Source: Dimorphilus gyrociliatus
Lineage: Eukaryota > Animalia > Annelida
Reading direction: 5' to 3'
NCBI GenBank assembly: GCA_904063045.1
Contig: CAJFCJ010000018.1
Coordinates: 930,001 to 994,000 of the forward strand
Length of the DNA stretch: 64,000 nt
The notes below the pieces were generated by a model. It saw nothing but the letters and a program-made list of their open reading frames with translations. It made no database searches and was not told the DNA's origin. The position numbers were made by a program, and so were the translations under genes. Shown piece after piece: positions 52,176-64,000 of this stretch. The stretch's first letter is position 1. Each line of letters begins with the position of its first letter.

Positions 52176-53810
52176 ATGTCTCTTAAAACATGGTTTAAAG
52201 CGAATTGGCGACTTGTGATTCTTATTTTGATACCCCTTCTGTTTATGCCAATACCAATAGTACTGAAGACTAGCGAGGCAAAATGCGCTTATGTTCTTAT
52301 TATTGTTGCGTCGTACTGGATGTCGGATGTATTACCATTGGCCGTTACATCATTGCTACCAGTTGTATTGTTACCTCTCTTTGGTATTTTAAGAGCTAAG
52401 GATGCCAGTAAGACTTACTTTAAAGATTCTACTATGATGTTTATGGGAGCTATCATGGTTGCTTTAGCAGTTGAAAAGTGCAATCTTCACCGCCGTATAG
52501 CTCTGAAAATTTTGTTAATTGTTGGCGAAAGGAAACCTAATTTAATATTTGGCTTTATGCTGGCTACTTGGTTACTTAGTATGTGGATTTCAAATACTGC
52601 AACGACGGCTATGATGCTTCCTGTAGCTGAAGCCGTACTTTCTCAATTAAGTGGATTCGCTGACGAAGATTACAGTAATTTCGGTAAATCTTTAGCTATA
52701 TGCATAGCTTACGCGGCAAACTGCGGTGGAACCGCAACGTTGACCGGAACAGGCTCAAATATGGTAATGAAAGGATTCGTCGATGATCTATATGAAAAGC
52801 ACAACGTCACAACTGCACTAACTTACACGAACTATCTTGGCTGGGGTTTGCCAATAGCTTCTATGATCCTTATATTAACTTGGTTATGGCTATCGATACT
52901 TTTTCTTGGCTTTAGGGAATTTTTTTCATGCTGTCGAAGAAAAAAAACAGATTTGGAACGAAGGGATCATGGAATTCAAGATATGATAAAAGAGGAGTAT
53001 ACAAAACTCGGAAATATGAAATATCAAGAAATTGTTGTCATTGTTATATTTACTACTTTGGTTCTCCTATGGTTTTTTAGAGAACCTCAATTTATGACAG
53101 GTTGGTCGGCAGCATTTAGGCCAGGGTTTGTTTTTTAACTTATAATTATTGACATAATTGACAAATAAGAGTGTTTTTCGTATCATAGGTACGTTACGGG
53201 AGCCGTTCCGTCAATACTTTTATCTACTCTCATGTTTATTATACCGACAACACGTCCATTCAGCAAAAGTGCAGACGATAGAGATTATATTCTTACGTGG
53301 CCTTTTGTCCAAAATCGCATGCCTTGGGGGATTGTACTACTCTTTGGGGGTGGTTTTACAATGGCTGAAGCTTGTTCAAAATCTGGTTTATCATCATTGA
53401 TTGGTGAAAAGTTGGCAACTTTTGACAGATTACCAAGTGCGGTAATGGTTGGTCTAATATGTCTGCTTGTAGCTATGCTCACTGAGGTTACATCAAATTC
53501 TGCAACAACAACACTACTTATGCCAATAATGGCTAGTATGGCAGAGAATATGAAAAAAAATCCTCTATATCTCATGTTACCTGTCACAACATCAACTTCT
53601 TTTGCTTATATGCTTCCAGTAGCAACGCCGCCAAATGCTATTGTCTTTTCAACAGGGCGTTTAAAAGTTGTAGATATGATAAAAGCCGGATGGATTTTGA
53701 ATATATTTGGAGTTTTAATAGTAACACTGGGCACTCATACATGGGGGATGGCTATATTTAAATTTAATCAATTACCATGGCAGATTAACAACTCTACTAG
53801 AACCCTATAA
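52176..53810 (+). CDS. SLC13 Na+/di-tricarboxylate cotransporter (INDY-like), single intron at about 53125-53189
   Basis: LPLAVTSLLP, KCNLHRRIAL, SMWISNTATTAMMLP, GGTATLTGTGSN, MPWGIVLLFGGGF, TEVTSNSATT, LPVATPPNAIVF. Confidence 0.95.
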
Positions 53811-54480
53811 GCTTCTATTTATGTTTCAATCATTATTTAATTATATACTGAAATAAAACACACACATTCTTCTCACCCTATTACTCCTTTTAGAAGGTCA
53901 ATGCTATAAGCCTAATGCATATATTTTTATAACTTTTGTAGGCCTACTTTGCTTAAATTTTCACCATTCTGTCAATAGTTAAACATTAATGTTTATTAAA
54001 ATACTCTTCACCTTTGATTATATTGTTATTTCAATGAATGTTGATAAAGAAACAACGATTATATATCTCTTTGAATTTATATATATACAATACAGTGTTA
54101 CATAAAGTTCCTTTATTGTTTCTCTTTCGCTTTTTGTCTTGCTACTCTTTTAGTTCAGCCATAAAAAGAATGGGTTATAATTATTTATTCGTGTGGTATA
54201 GGCCTATTAATAAGTGTTAGTGAAATGTTAGAAAATAACAAAACTTGCGTGCTAAGAAACATCTTTCCTAGATAAACTATAGGCCTATTAAAACGCATCA
54301 ATAATTTATAGGCGCAATCAATCGACAACATGTTCAAACTTGATCAGCGCCACACCTGAAATCGTTCATATCTATTTCTGCAGTCTTCTCGAATGAAATT
54401 TGTTTCATTCGTCCATAAAAATAAGATACTAGTTCAAGAACTAAAGGAATAAATAAGTTACAGGAACTTTTTAAAGGAAA

Positions 54481-55783
54481 ATGGACGAATTGAACACTTG
54501 GAGGAGGAGCGGAGAACTATCTGATTTAACTATTCAGATAGATGATTCGGAATTCAACTTGCATAAATTTCCAATGTTTATTAAGAGCGATTACCTAAAG
54601 AAGAAAATATCGGAATGCAATGATAACAAAGCCGTATTGAAACTTTCAAATTTTCCTGGTGGAAAGGAAATTTTTGAGATTGTTTCCGAATTTTGTTACG
54701 GTGAACGTTCCTCCTTAAGCCAGGAAAATGTCGTTCAAACAAGATGCGCCGCCCATTTACTCGAAATGGAAACCACTGGTAATTTGGCGTCATTTTGCGA
54801 CAGAGTAATCGATGATCTTTTAAGGAATGCCAAAAATTCGAGATCAACTTCCGTTTCGATTGAAATGTTAGCTGTTTGTGAACAACTGGGAGATATTAGT
54901 GACAAAGCTGGAATTGTCGATAGATGTGTATCTGCATTAATTGATGTCCTAAGCATCAGTGGACGTCAACAGGTAAAATTCTCTAACATTTGCCCTTTAT
55001 TCTTGAATATTTTGCGGTTATTTTAGTATTATATTTTCTTTCATTAAAATATTAGGTAACTGAAACTTTAACCGGTTTAAGTTCAAACTGGTTCGAAAAA
55101 CTACTTGGGGCTGCAAGAAAGAAGAATATGAGGCCTCATATTATTGGTGAAATGCTCATTTCCTATCTGCAGATTTCATTTATTTATGAAAAAGATGAGA
55201 CTGAAGAAGAAACCGACAAGAAGAAACATGTTGAATTAGCTGATGAAGAAAGACAGCATCTCCTCGACGATGTCCTATTGAAAGTATTTAGGGATGAAAA
55301 TAAAGTTGGCGAAAAGCATGCTCTTCAAGAAAGGCTTAATCCGGAATTAGCTGTCAAATTGCTATCGGAAGCTGAGAGATTAAAGTGTGACGTAAAAGAC
55401 GATTTAAGAAGACTTTGTGCCAAGTTAGTTCCGAGGTTAAAAGCCCCCGACCTCGCTCAACTTCCTCCAGAAGTTGTTGTTGAGATGGTACAAGTGGGAG
55501 AAACAGATTCGGCGAATAAAGAGGCTGCCTGCAAGACTGCCGATATTTATCTCAAAGCGTTGGCCGATAACAAGGTAGGACAAAATTACATTTAAAAAGG
55601 TTAACAAATACCTGCATAAATATAGAGCATTGATCATTTTCTCATTATAATCTGACAAAAATCTATATTTAGCGATTAGACGCTGAAACGTTTGCGGCCG
55701 TTTTGAACGCCGCACCAAACGATGCAAGAACAAACCACGACAACCTTTTTGAAGTTTTGCACACACTCTTACAGTCAGGTTAG
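54481..55783 (+). CDS. BTB + NPH3-domain protein (NRL-like); exons 54481-54972, 55056-55574, 55673-55778 (stop at 55783 if unspliced; may continue)
   Basis: BTB: SDLTIQIDDSEFNLHKFPM...FPGGKEIFEIVSEFCYG...ENVVQTRCAAHLLEM. NPH3-like: MRPHIIGEMLISY, KTADIYLKALAD, TFAAVLNAAPNDARTNHDNLFEVL. Introns are in phase 0. Confidence 0.8.
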
Positions 55784-58289
55784 TGGATTAATGTAAAGTT
55801 TCGTCCCCTCTTTCTATTTGTAATCCTTTTATGATTTTCTGTTTTCTTATTTAATGAGTTTTTAAAAGGGATCAATAACAACTCTTCCCTTTTTCTGACC
55901 TTCTTATTTTTTTCTTCTCTTGGACTTTTAATGGTTTCAAATTGAACGTAAGTTCATTCAATATTTTCATTTTTGTTTGAATTGTTTGGGAAGGTAAAAA
56001 GTAAAAAAGTTGTGAAAAATAGCAATTTTTCATACAGCCAATTTCCTGAGTATAAATAACGTTTATTGGCCTAAAATCGATAATTTTTTATTTCCGTTTA
56101 ATGTGGCAAGATTAATGCATTTTATTAAAAAAAAATTGAACATTAGCAATTTATTAATAGCAATTCTAATCGCAAATTTCATTGATTTATTGCTTAGTTC
56201 AAGAATAGGTTCTGTTGTGATTATTCTTAAGTAAACCCAGCCAATATTGTTATCTAGAACAATACCCGAATCTTTACAATTGAATACAAAACTCCCCAGA
56301 CTAATAAATGACGTCTTTGGTTTACAAGCAAAAAACCCTTTGGGCTTAAATTTATCTGTTTTTTAGTATGGGTAGTTCATATGCTTTTTACTTTTCTAAG
56401 AAATAGTCATTCCCTTCCGTCCTTTGACCTTCCATCAGTTTGACAAACTAACCACCATTGATTTTGTTGAAAAACTTCCAAAATGCCAGAAATAGTACGA
56501 AGATCATTAGAATTTTCATAGAGAAGATCATAGAGAATAGACATTTCGACAGAGAAACATCATTTTCACTTTCATTCGTGCAAACTCTATAAGATTTTTG
56601 AAAAATTCTTGCATAAACATAACTCTTTTCTATAGTTTGAGAGTAGAAATCTAAATGTAATAATCTTCCATTATTTCCTTAATTTAACATAAATATATAA
56701 TCTCTCTTTTGCTGGTTTTACACGTTTGATTGTTCAAAAACTACAATATTAGATTTCGAGTAGAATATCTTCTCCCTTTGTCTATTATTACAAAAAATAA
56801 TTCAATTAGGCCTAGATTCATCAGTTTTTTCCCCAGTTTAATTTCACTTAATTTATAATAGAATCGCAAGAAATAAAGACAATTATAGCTAGTATTTCAT
56901 CTATTAAATTATGAACTTTGTTACCATATTGTAGGGTGACCCTGATCTATAGTTTTTCTAATAGAAAAAATTGATAACGATATTTAGTAGGTTGTTTGTC
57001 CTGCCTGGGGATTGGGTTAGCTATGGAAAACATCCACTTAGCTGATATTTGCTAAAATGTTGTATAGTCAGTAGGTCTAAAAATTTGAATTTTGGGGAGG
57101 CCTATCAGTCAGTTTATTAACTGTATGTGGAACATCTATTGAATAAAATATTTCTCCAAAGAAAATATCTTTACAATGTACTATTCAGTTAGTGTTAGAA
57201 GAGGATTGCAGTTGCCTCAATTTCATGTGTAGAACTTTTCTCATTTGAATGATTTTGTTTTTCTAAAAATTGTGATCCTTTTAGTACAATAATTGCAGGA
57301 CATTTGTATTTTCCCATCATTTTGCTGCAGACCCATGTTGTTTGTCTAACTGATTGTTTTTTCGCTGCAAAACATCTTTCCCTCTTCTCGATCCTTCTTT
57401 AAGAATCTTAAAATTCTCTTGGTTTGATTCTTTTGTCAATTTGTTACGACTTTCTTCAAATGAGCTTTCATCAGAAACATTCACTGAAGTTGTGGAAATT
57501 TTTAGTGTATAAGTTTCATCAGATGAATCACCAATTTCCATAGAATCTTCATTTGAAAAATCAAATAATAGTTCAAGCTAGACACAAATACTAAAATTGA
57601 ACATAATGATAAATTAAATATAAATTTAACCTCTTTATTTCCAAATTGATGAAGATTCTTATGATTACCATTTGCTAAAATAGTTGAAGATTCAGACCCA
57701 AGTGACTCCATTTTAATTTTGTCAGTTTCAATACAATCTACTGCAGTTCTTTTTTCCAGTTGATTTTCTTTTTCTGTTTCAGATTCATATTCAAATTCAT
57801 GTTCATTTTCATTTTTCATTCAATTTCAGTTTTCCATAGTTAGCTTATTCCTTTCAGTCTGTTTGTCATTTTGTACTGGCAAATTGTCTGATAGCCTTTC
57901 CATGAATTACAAAAATCTTGCTCTGCATGTTATAAGTTTGGAATGATATGCATAATAATGAAAAGTATAACAAACCTTTGAGGCAAATATCATGACAAAC
58001 ATGTCTACACAACAGACATGTCTTATTTTGTTTTGAGTTTAAACTCTTTTGACAGTATTTTCATTTGGAAGACATTTTTTCAATATAAATGTGTATCTAA
58101 ATTTCCTTAAAATTATTTAGATAAAAATTCCTTGCATGGTCATTACATAAAGAGACAAAAAAGTTAATAAATACAATATTTTCAAAGCTTGTCAGCCTCC
58201 AGTCTTTAACCATAGACTTCACTGTACTGTTAGATTGAAACTCATTTACTTAACACATAATTTATTTGCAAAGCTCTGGTCTTTCCCTT

Positions 58290-58410
58290 GAAATTTGGCA
58301 TAGGGTTAGATACAGGGCGCACAAACCACTATACAAAATTTGAGCTAAATCGGCCCAACCGTTTAGGAGCTATGGCCGTTTGAAACAAACGTAGGTCACA
58401 ACCAGTTGTC
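58290..58410. repeat. Probable non-autonomous DNA-element (MITE/Helitron-like) fragment
   Basis: GC-richer island containing AAATTTGAGCTAAATCGGCCCAACCGTTTAGGAGCTA, a motif style common in invertebrate interspersed repeats. Only one copy is visible here. Confidence 0.35.
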
Positions 58411-58964
58411 ACATAGGTCCTCTTATAAAGTCTCTCCTTCTACGTTGCTATTTCTCTTTGGATGCTTAAAAAAGTATCACCTCCTCCACTCTTCCATCTA
58501 CCATTTTCTTTCCTGTTTACAAAACCCTCTCCTCTTTCTTTTTGCACCAAACAGAAGCTTCATTGTGTCATTCTGTTTCTGACTAAACATTTTTGAAAAA
58601 TTATCATCAATTAGGGAAGAATCTATACACTTTCAATTTAGTTTGCATGACTGAGCGAACTACTATTTATGTATCATCAAATATATTAATATAAGGATAC
58701 GGGACTGTAAAGATTATAATAATTTATTGCGCAATAGACTATTCATAATTTTGCTTGAAAAAATTTTTAAATAATGAATTTTATGAGTTTAATAAAATAG
58801 AAGGAAAAGATTTCGTGCATTTATGCATACATATATCCTTATATTCTGTTCAAGCAAAGTAGAATGGAAAGGAAATTCACAGCAAAAGTTGAAATATTAT
58901 TTATCATTTATTTTATTACAGCCTATAGTCTACCCTAGAATAGTTAACTCTTTTATTCTTTAAT

Positions 58965-59200
58965 AGTCTCCCATTCTTTATACATGTCTGCCATTTGGAT
59001 GGAAGTAGATCTGTCGCATTCTGATGCAAGGACGATGGTTTCTCCTCAATATTTCCTGATGTCGTTTTTTAGCTCATCCAAATTTTCGTAATCAACTCCC
59101 CTGATATCTTTTAGGTCAAATCAGGGCTGTTTTGGGGATGTGAACATATAGACCATCCCTGTACGGACTGGTATGGTGTTTTGCATTGTCATGCTGTAAA
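58965..59200 (-). mobile_element. Mariner (Tc1/mariner) transposase C-terminal remnant
   Basis: Frameshifted pieces QHDNAKHHTS (~HDNARPH), HPQNSPDLT* (~HPPYSPDLAP) and LPSKWQTCIKNG (~LPxRWxKCIxxxG), in the correct order. Confidence 0.8.
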
Positions 59201-59959
59201 ATAGTTTGTCTCTTCCTTTACCTCTTTAGGATCTCCATATATTGATAGGATTATTTTGTCAATTTCATATTAAATATTGCAGTTTTGTAGTTGTTTTTAA
59301 ACTTTAATACAGATATTATTGCAGATGTTTAAACTGACTTAAAGATATCTTAATGTAAGAAATATTTACATTTTCAATTATACCAACCATATTCTTCTTA
59401 AAGCATAAATACACCTTTGCCTTTTTTTTGTCTACAAACATTTAACAAAATGATAGACAGAAGAGTATTAAGTATATTTTATGGTCTATGGGAAATTATT
59501 TCGGCCTATGAAGAATGTACACTCGGAAAAAATCCAGATTATGGTCCATATTAAGATGATAAAAATTTTTTTGAATATTCAATAAAACCTTTAATTGAGG
59601 ATGATTTTTCGATTTATGAAAGAAAATCTATATAATTTCAAAATCGAAATATTATGTTATATTTAGCTTTTGATAATGGAACTAATCAGAGATATCAAAT
59701 ATTTTTAGAGGGAAAGAAATAATTAAACAAAGTTCAAGTTGGTTATAGTGGAAGCAATTTTTGTCTTAGCCCTCCTAAAGTGTGGCCAAATTAAACTAAT
59801 GCTAAACTTTGAAACATCATGTTACTAAAGATAAATATGAACTAGACATATCCCAACAGCAAAGTGATGATTAGATGTTGGAAACCAACCTCACTGTATA
59901 TAAATCCTCAATATTTTATCCCAATCATCAGATCTCAATCTAATCACTTGAGAGGATGA

Positions 59960-60146
59960 TTTGGAAACAACCCTTCCACTCCTCAACATTGGACATTTGG
60001 AGTTGTTGTTAAAGGGGAATATTTGGTACCTTGATGTCACATTTAAAGTAGCTAAGGAACGTTTTTTTCAAATGCTCTCCAGTCAAGAATTTAAAAAAAA
60101 TGGAAAACTTAAACAAGTTCCATTAATTATTTCTTTCCCTCCTTGA
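59960..60146 (+). mobile_element. MULE/Mutator transposase remnant
   Basis: IWYLDVTFKVAKERFFQMLSSQEFKKNGKLKQVPL resembles the MULE first-Asp motif WYxDGTFKxxPxxFxQLxTIH...QxPL. Confidence 0.65.
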
Positions 60147-61710
60147 AAAAGGCATATAGAATATTTCGGCCCTGGATATATTAGTCCATTTTTATATATT
60201 ACTTTTAGTAGAAAACAATAGATAAATACAACAATTATAATTTTTTATTTTTAAAATTTCTACCGTTTGTGCTAAAAGCTACCATTTGATGGTATGCCAA
60301 AATGGTGATTGTAGCTTTAAACTTGTAGTTGCTGGCGAATGTCATCGAATTGACTTGGTCAAGAATGGTTTTCGAAGAAACAAAGTGTTTGTTAGGGGAC
60401 TGGCTGAATATCATACTTCATTGGCGTTTCCTCCTATTTAGTAACCTTGGCGTTTCATTAATATCTTACAGACAGTATGGGAAAATGCTTATTATAAACC
60501 CTTCAGATGGTCGACGGAGGGTAAGCGATTGATTGCGTTTTTGCCCATCGCTCTTGCTAATCCCCTATTTTCCTACTTTCAGATTCCAGTAGAGGGCTTT
60601 CGAATGGAGTCGAGAAACTACTTAAATATCCACCAACTGAGTAAACGAAAATATTCCATCATATATCCTTCTGCACTTTTAATAAATAACTATAGAAATT
60701 GTCAATTTACAAGAAAAGAACAATCATATATTGCTGTTGTTTTGAATAAATGCAACTCGTTACAGAGTATTGATCTTTCCTCTGCAGAATTTATAAGGCA
60801 GGAATTTGAGAGTATTTGCATTGGGCAAAGATCTTCCTATTCCAACACTTTGGAAACTTGAATTTCATCATAGAAGCTGTTTTGTAGAAGATAATAATGC
60901 TTTTATTAAACAGTTCAACAGATCTGGTAAATCATGGTCCAGAAATGCTTTATTAAATATTTGAAAAACCATATCTTTGAAATTGTATAGGGTTATAAAT
61001 TCTACTGTAAATCCTATAATTTATATCTTTGGTGAAATTTATAATAAAACTAAAAGAACTAAAGAAGAAAGAGAGGAAAGAATGTACAATTTCTGCATAA
61101 AAACAACTCCATTTTACTGACACGATTCTTCCTTTTTCTATTCTTTGTAGAAAAAATGAAATTGATAAAAATATTGACAAAAATACTATAAAAGTTTGAT
61201 TCTTTTTCTTTTTCAATTCTTGTAAATTTCCTATCAAAATTACAGTTTTAAAATGCTTACAAAATGAAATGAGAGGAGAAAAGGAAATAGCAGGGATGAT
61301 TCAATTTCATAATTATATAGAGAAAACTGAAAATGCAACAAAACAATTTATTTTGGAGAAATCTTTTCATAAAAATTTTGAATTTTTCTTTTGCATTAAA
61401 GCTGTTTTACAAACAATTAAATGCTTGCACAATACTCGAATTTGTTTCAAACAGGTTTTTTTACAAGTTTTCAATATTTATGATATTAATATTATGTAAA
61501 TACCTTTTTTTAGGATTCAACATACGTGCTGGGATATTTTCAAAATCTTTGTTTACTAACAACCACAAAGGAAAAAGAAGATATTAAAGCTTTTGAATTG
61601 TTTGTCAGAAGAATTCTCCAATTGCATTCAATCATTAATAACTGAGAACAATTCAAAAATAGTTTTATCAATTTTATTCTTCCTTTGTCAATCTTCTATA
61701 AATACATACT

Positions 61711-63749
61711 TTTTAGCCTACAAAAACAAATTTGTATTAGCTCAACCTGTTGCATAATATCTGTATAAAGCCAATTAGCCGTCTTGCCGCCTCCACCAAA
61801 ACAGCAATTCATTATTATATTGTATAAAGTAGAATATAAGAGTATAATAGATGGAGCACTCTGAAATTGAAAATACCTCACTCCTTAGGAGAGATTGAAA
61901 AGTATTTGCAATATTAAAAAACATATAAAACTTTTCAACAAGAGAAATTAAATTGTTGTTGAACAGCTTAATTATTAAAGTGTTTAGTGTTGAATATAGA
62001 GTTTTTTTTCAAATATGAACAGCTCCATATTCTCAAATTGTAAAAAAAAATAGCAATTATGTTGTAATGATGAAATTTAATGAGTAATATCATTTCTTAA
62101 ATTATGCAAAAGAATGGAAACATTACTTGTAGTGATATCAATTTCAGATATGGTATGTTGATCTTTAGAAGTCAATTCAATATATTTTGTCACATAATTC
62201 AAATTGTTAAGACAGCATGTCTGTGAAGATGAGAAATTTGTACTAAGAAGAAATTCTTTGCCAATTAGATCAGTTTTTGATTTAAACATTTTAACAATAA
62301 ATCCGTTTGTAACATAAGTATTTAATACTGTTTTGCAAAGAGAGAAGATATAATAGAATTATAGAAAAAAAATTTAAGTTTTCAATTCTTTACCAGTTAT
62401 GCAGAATGATGCTATTTTAAATGATGGAGTTTGTATTTTAATCATTTCACTTTGATTAACTTTGATATAATTTGATTCTACAACACCAAAGTATATATTA
62501 TCAGTTAGAATTGATTTTACATTTAAACTTCTAATTTCAATGGAATTGATTAATTCTTTTACATCTGTAATTTAATGAAAACTGTTTAATAATGAATTGT
62601 TTGCTAATTGTCTGTACTTTGATGTTCGCTATTTTCAGAAATTCCATAGACAACTAATTCACTAAATTCTAATTTATATATCACAGTATCAAAAGTACTG
62701 TCATAGAGCGATATAAGAAGATATCTTCCATTCATTGGTACAGTTTTAAAAAAGCCATGAGTTTCATACTTATTCAGTGGAATTGATGTTGTGTAATTCT
62801 TCACAAGAAAGTTATTGTCTATATTAAAAATTGTTTGTGGAGAATTATTTACAGATATATAAACATTTTTAAATATCTTATTAGGCCCTCCTGAAAGAAG
62901 AGTAGAAGATGATAACTACATATGTTATACATGATCATTGGGTCATACCTCTTCTACAGGTTATAATAACCCCATATACACGAATGTTTTCCATAAAATC
63001 CAGCCTGAAGAAAACATCATTTTCTCTCTCCATTGAAAATATTGTTTCATATTTTTCATCTCTGAGTTTTGTTAGTGAAAATGTTTTGTCAAAATTTTCT
63101 GAATGGGACAAACTGATGATTTGAAAATCTAAACAAATGATCAAAAGTGAATAAGAAATGTGAAAAACAAATTATTCATCATTGTAACAAACCTCTCTTT
63201 TCAACGAGTTCGCCATAAACTTTAACATCGCACATTCCAACAAATGTGTTCAAAAATTGAGCTCGTATTTGTAGGAAAGATCCAATAGCATTAGATGAAC
63301 AATTTAAACATTCATAATCACTTAGAAAATTTACACTTTTCTTAACAGGTGTACTTCCCCAACTACCACAGAGTTTATCGTTTTCATCATCATCGAATGG
63401 ATATTGTTTCAATAAAATATCAAAATTTTTCAATAATGTATCTGAAAAGTTTGAAATAAAAATAAACACTCTACCAAAAACTTAAGAATTATGTTATTAC
63501 AAAACTGATGATCTCCTCTATTTAATAGGCATACAGAAATTATTTTGTAAATATTTTTTAAATCAACCATCCACCAATTCCTTTCATTTGTATTGCTATA
63601 TGTATAACTACACTTGTAATGACCATTAACATGTCCGTTTATAATTTCTGCGTCATTTGCAAGATATCCATAATAGTTAGTTGTACTTTGATAGGTTGGA
63701 AGGCCTCTGATTAGATTACCTTCTTCATTTGGTTGACCAATTGTAAGTT
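61711..63749 (-). CDS. Modular extracellular protein with tandem F-type lectin (fucolectin)/discoidin-like domains; 5' end not identified (possibly beyond the window), 3' part apparently disrupted
   Basis: Exons 63749-63501, 63441-63193, 63128-62949, 62890-62618, 62564-62394, 62327-62127 and 61883-61711 all join in phase 1. Motifs CSYTYSNTNERNWWMVDLKNIYKIISVCLLNRGD, GSFLQIR...GMCDVKVYG, GRYLLI...EFSELVVYG. Confidence 0.75.
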
Positions 63750-64000
63750 CTGTTTGAAAACATTAGATAGAAACCAAAAAATTGTTTCGTTTATAATTTT
63801 AACAAACTTGATAATTGGAAGATTAATATTATTTTAAGCATTGCAACAATATCAGGCAAAATACTAACAATTGCAACAAGTCGATAATTTCAAATATTTA
63901 ACATAGTTTTAAATAATAAACAACAAAGTGTTCTCTTCTCCAACTCAATATTTATTGTATAAAATTCAAAACTATAAATAATTGCTATTAGAATGAATCG

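Larger units (their letters stand above)
56000..61640 (-). pseudogene. Decayed, stop- and frameshift-interrupted coding remnants (includes acidic ORFs 57317-57819)
   Basis: Short open stretches broken by in-frame stops, e.g. MERLSDNLP...MEN*N*MKNENEHE at about 57900-57500. Interspersed with TE fragments; no family assigned with confidence. Confidence 0.4.

Noticed and set aside
60300-60520. DINETP, cadherin-like linker motif on the minus strand
   Set aside because: A single short motif amid stops; not enough to call a cadherin domain.
1325-60861. Many short antisense or overlapping ORFs in the track (e.g. 1325, 3389, 8546, 16923, 24623, 25494, 33557, 53285, 54735, 60529)
   Set aside because: They are shadows of real exons or of microsatellites, often with TTG/GTG starts irrelevant to a eukaryote, and show no recognisable motifs.
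1-64000. CRISPR arrays, rRNA, tRNA, prokaryotic defence systems
   Set aside because: None seen; the sequence is spliceosomal-intron-containing eukaryotic DNA and no repeat-spacer array or cloverleaf was recognised.

Overview
AT-rich eukaryotic (animal, probably a compact-genome invertebrate; species not determinable from sequence alone) nuclear DNA. Most introns are 50-70 bp GT-AG, so the ORF track shows only exon fragments; gene models below were stitched by hand. From ~0.7 to 55.8 kb there is a dense block of mostly conserved genes: MAD2L2/REV7, Spire, RAB28, HEATR6, an NAD(P)-dependent epimerase-like SDR, SLC33A1, RPL29, CC2D1/Lgd, MCM10, a secreted trypsin-fold pseudoprotease, an SLC18/VMAT-like transporter, UBE3A, IFT20, LRRC57, PIGS, a BNIP2/BCH-domain gene, Prune, PSMG3, IMP4, SLC13 and a BTB-NPH3 protein. 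Several form head-to-head pairs. From ~55.8 to 64 kb the region is decayed and lineage-specific, with mariner and MULE remnants and a modular F-type-lectin/discoidin gene. Most notable: (1) a spliced, full BTB+NPH3-domain gene of a family best known from plants; (2) Prune and a BCH gene joined by an intron placed just after the Prune stop codon, a candidate dicistronic or shared-exon unit mirroring vertebrate PRUNE1-BNIPL and the PRUNE2 fusion; (3) possible alternative CC2D1 C-termini, including a CaaX-ending exon in a GC-rich intronic island; (4) several catalytic-motif substitutions; (5) recurrent TA-CAG/CTG-TA motifs resembling Tc1/mariner excision footprints. All family calls come from recalled motifs, not database searches.
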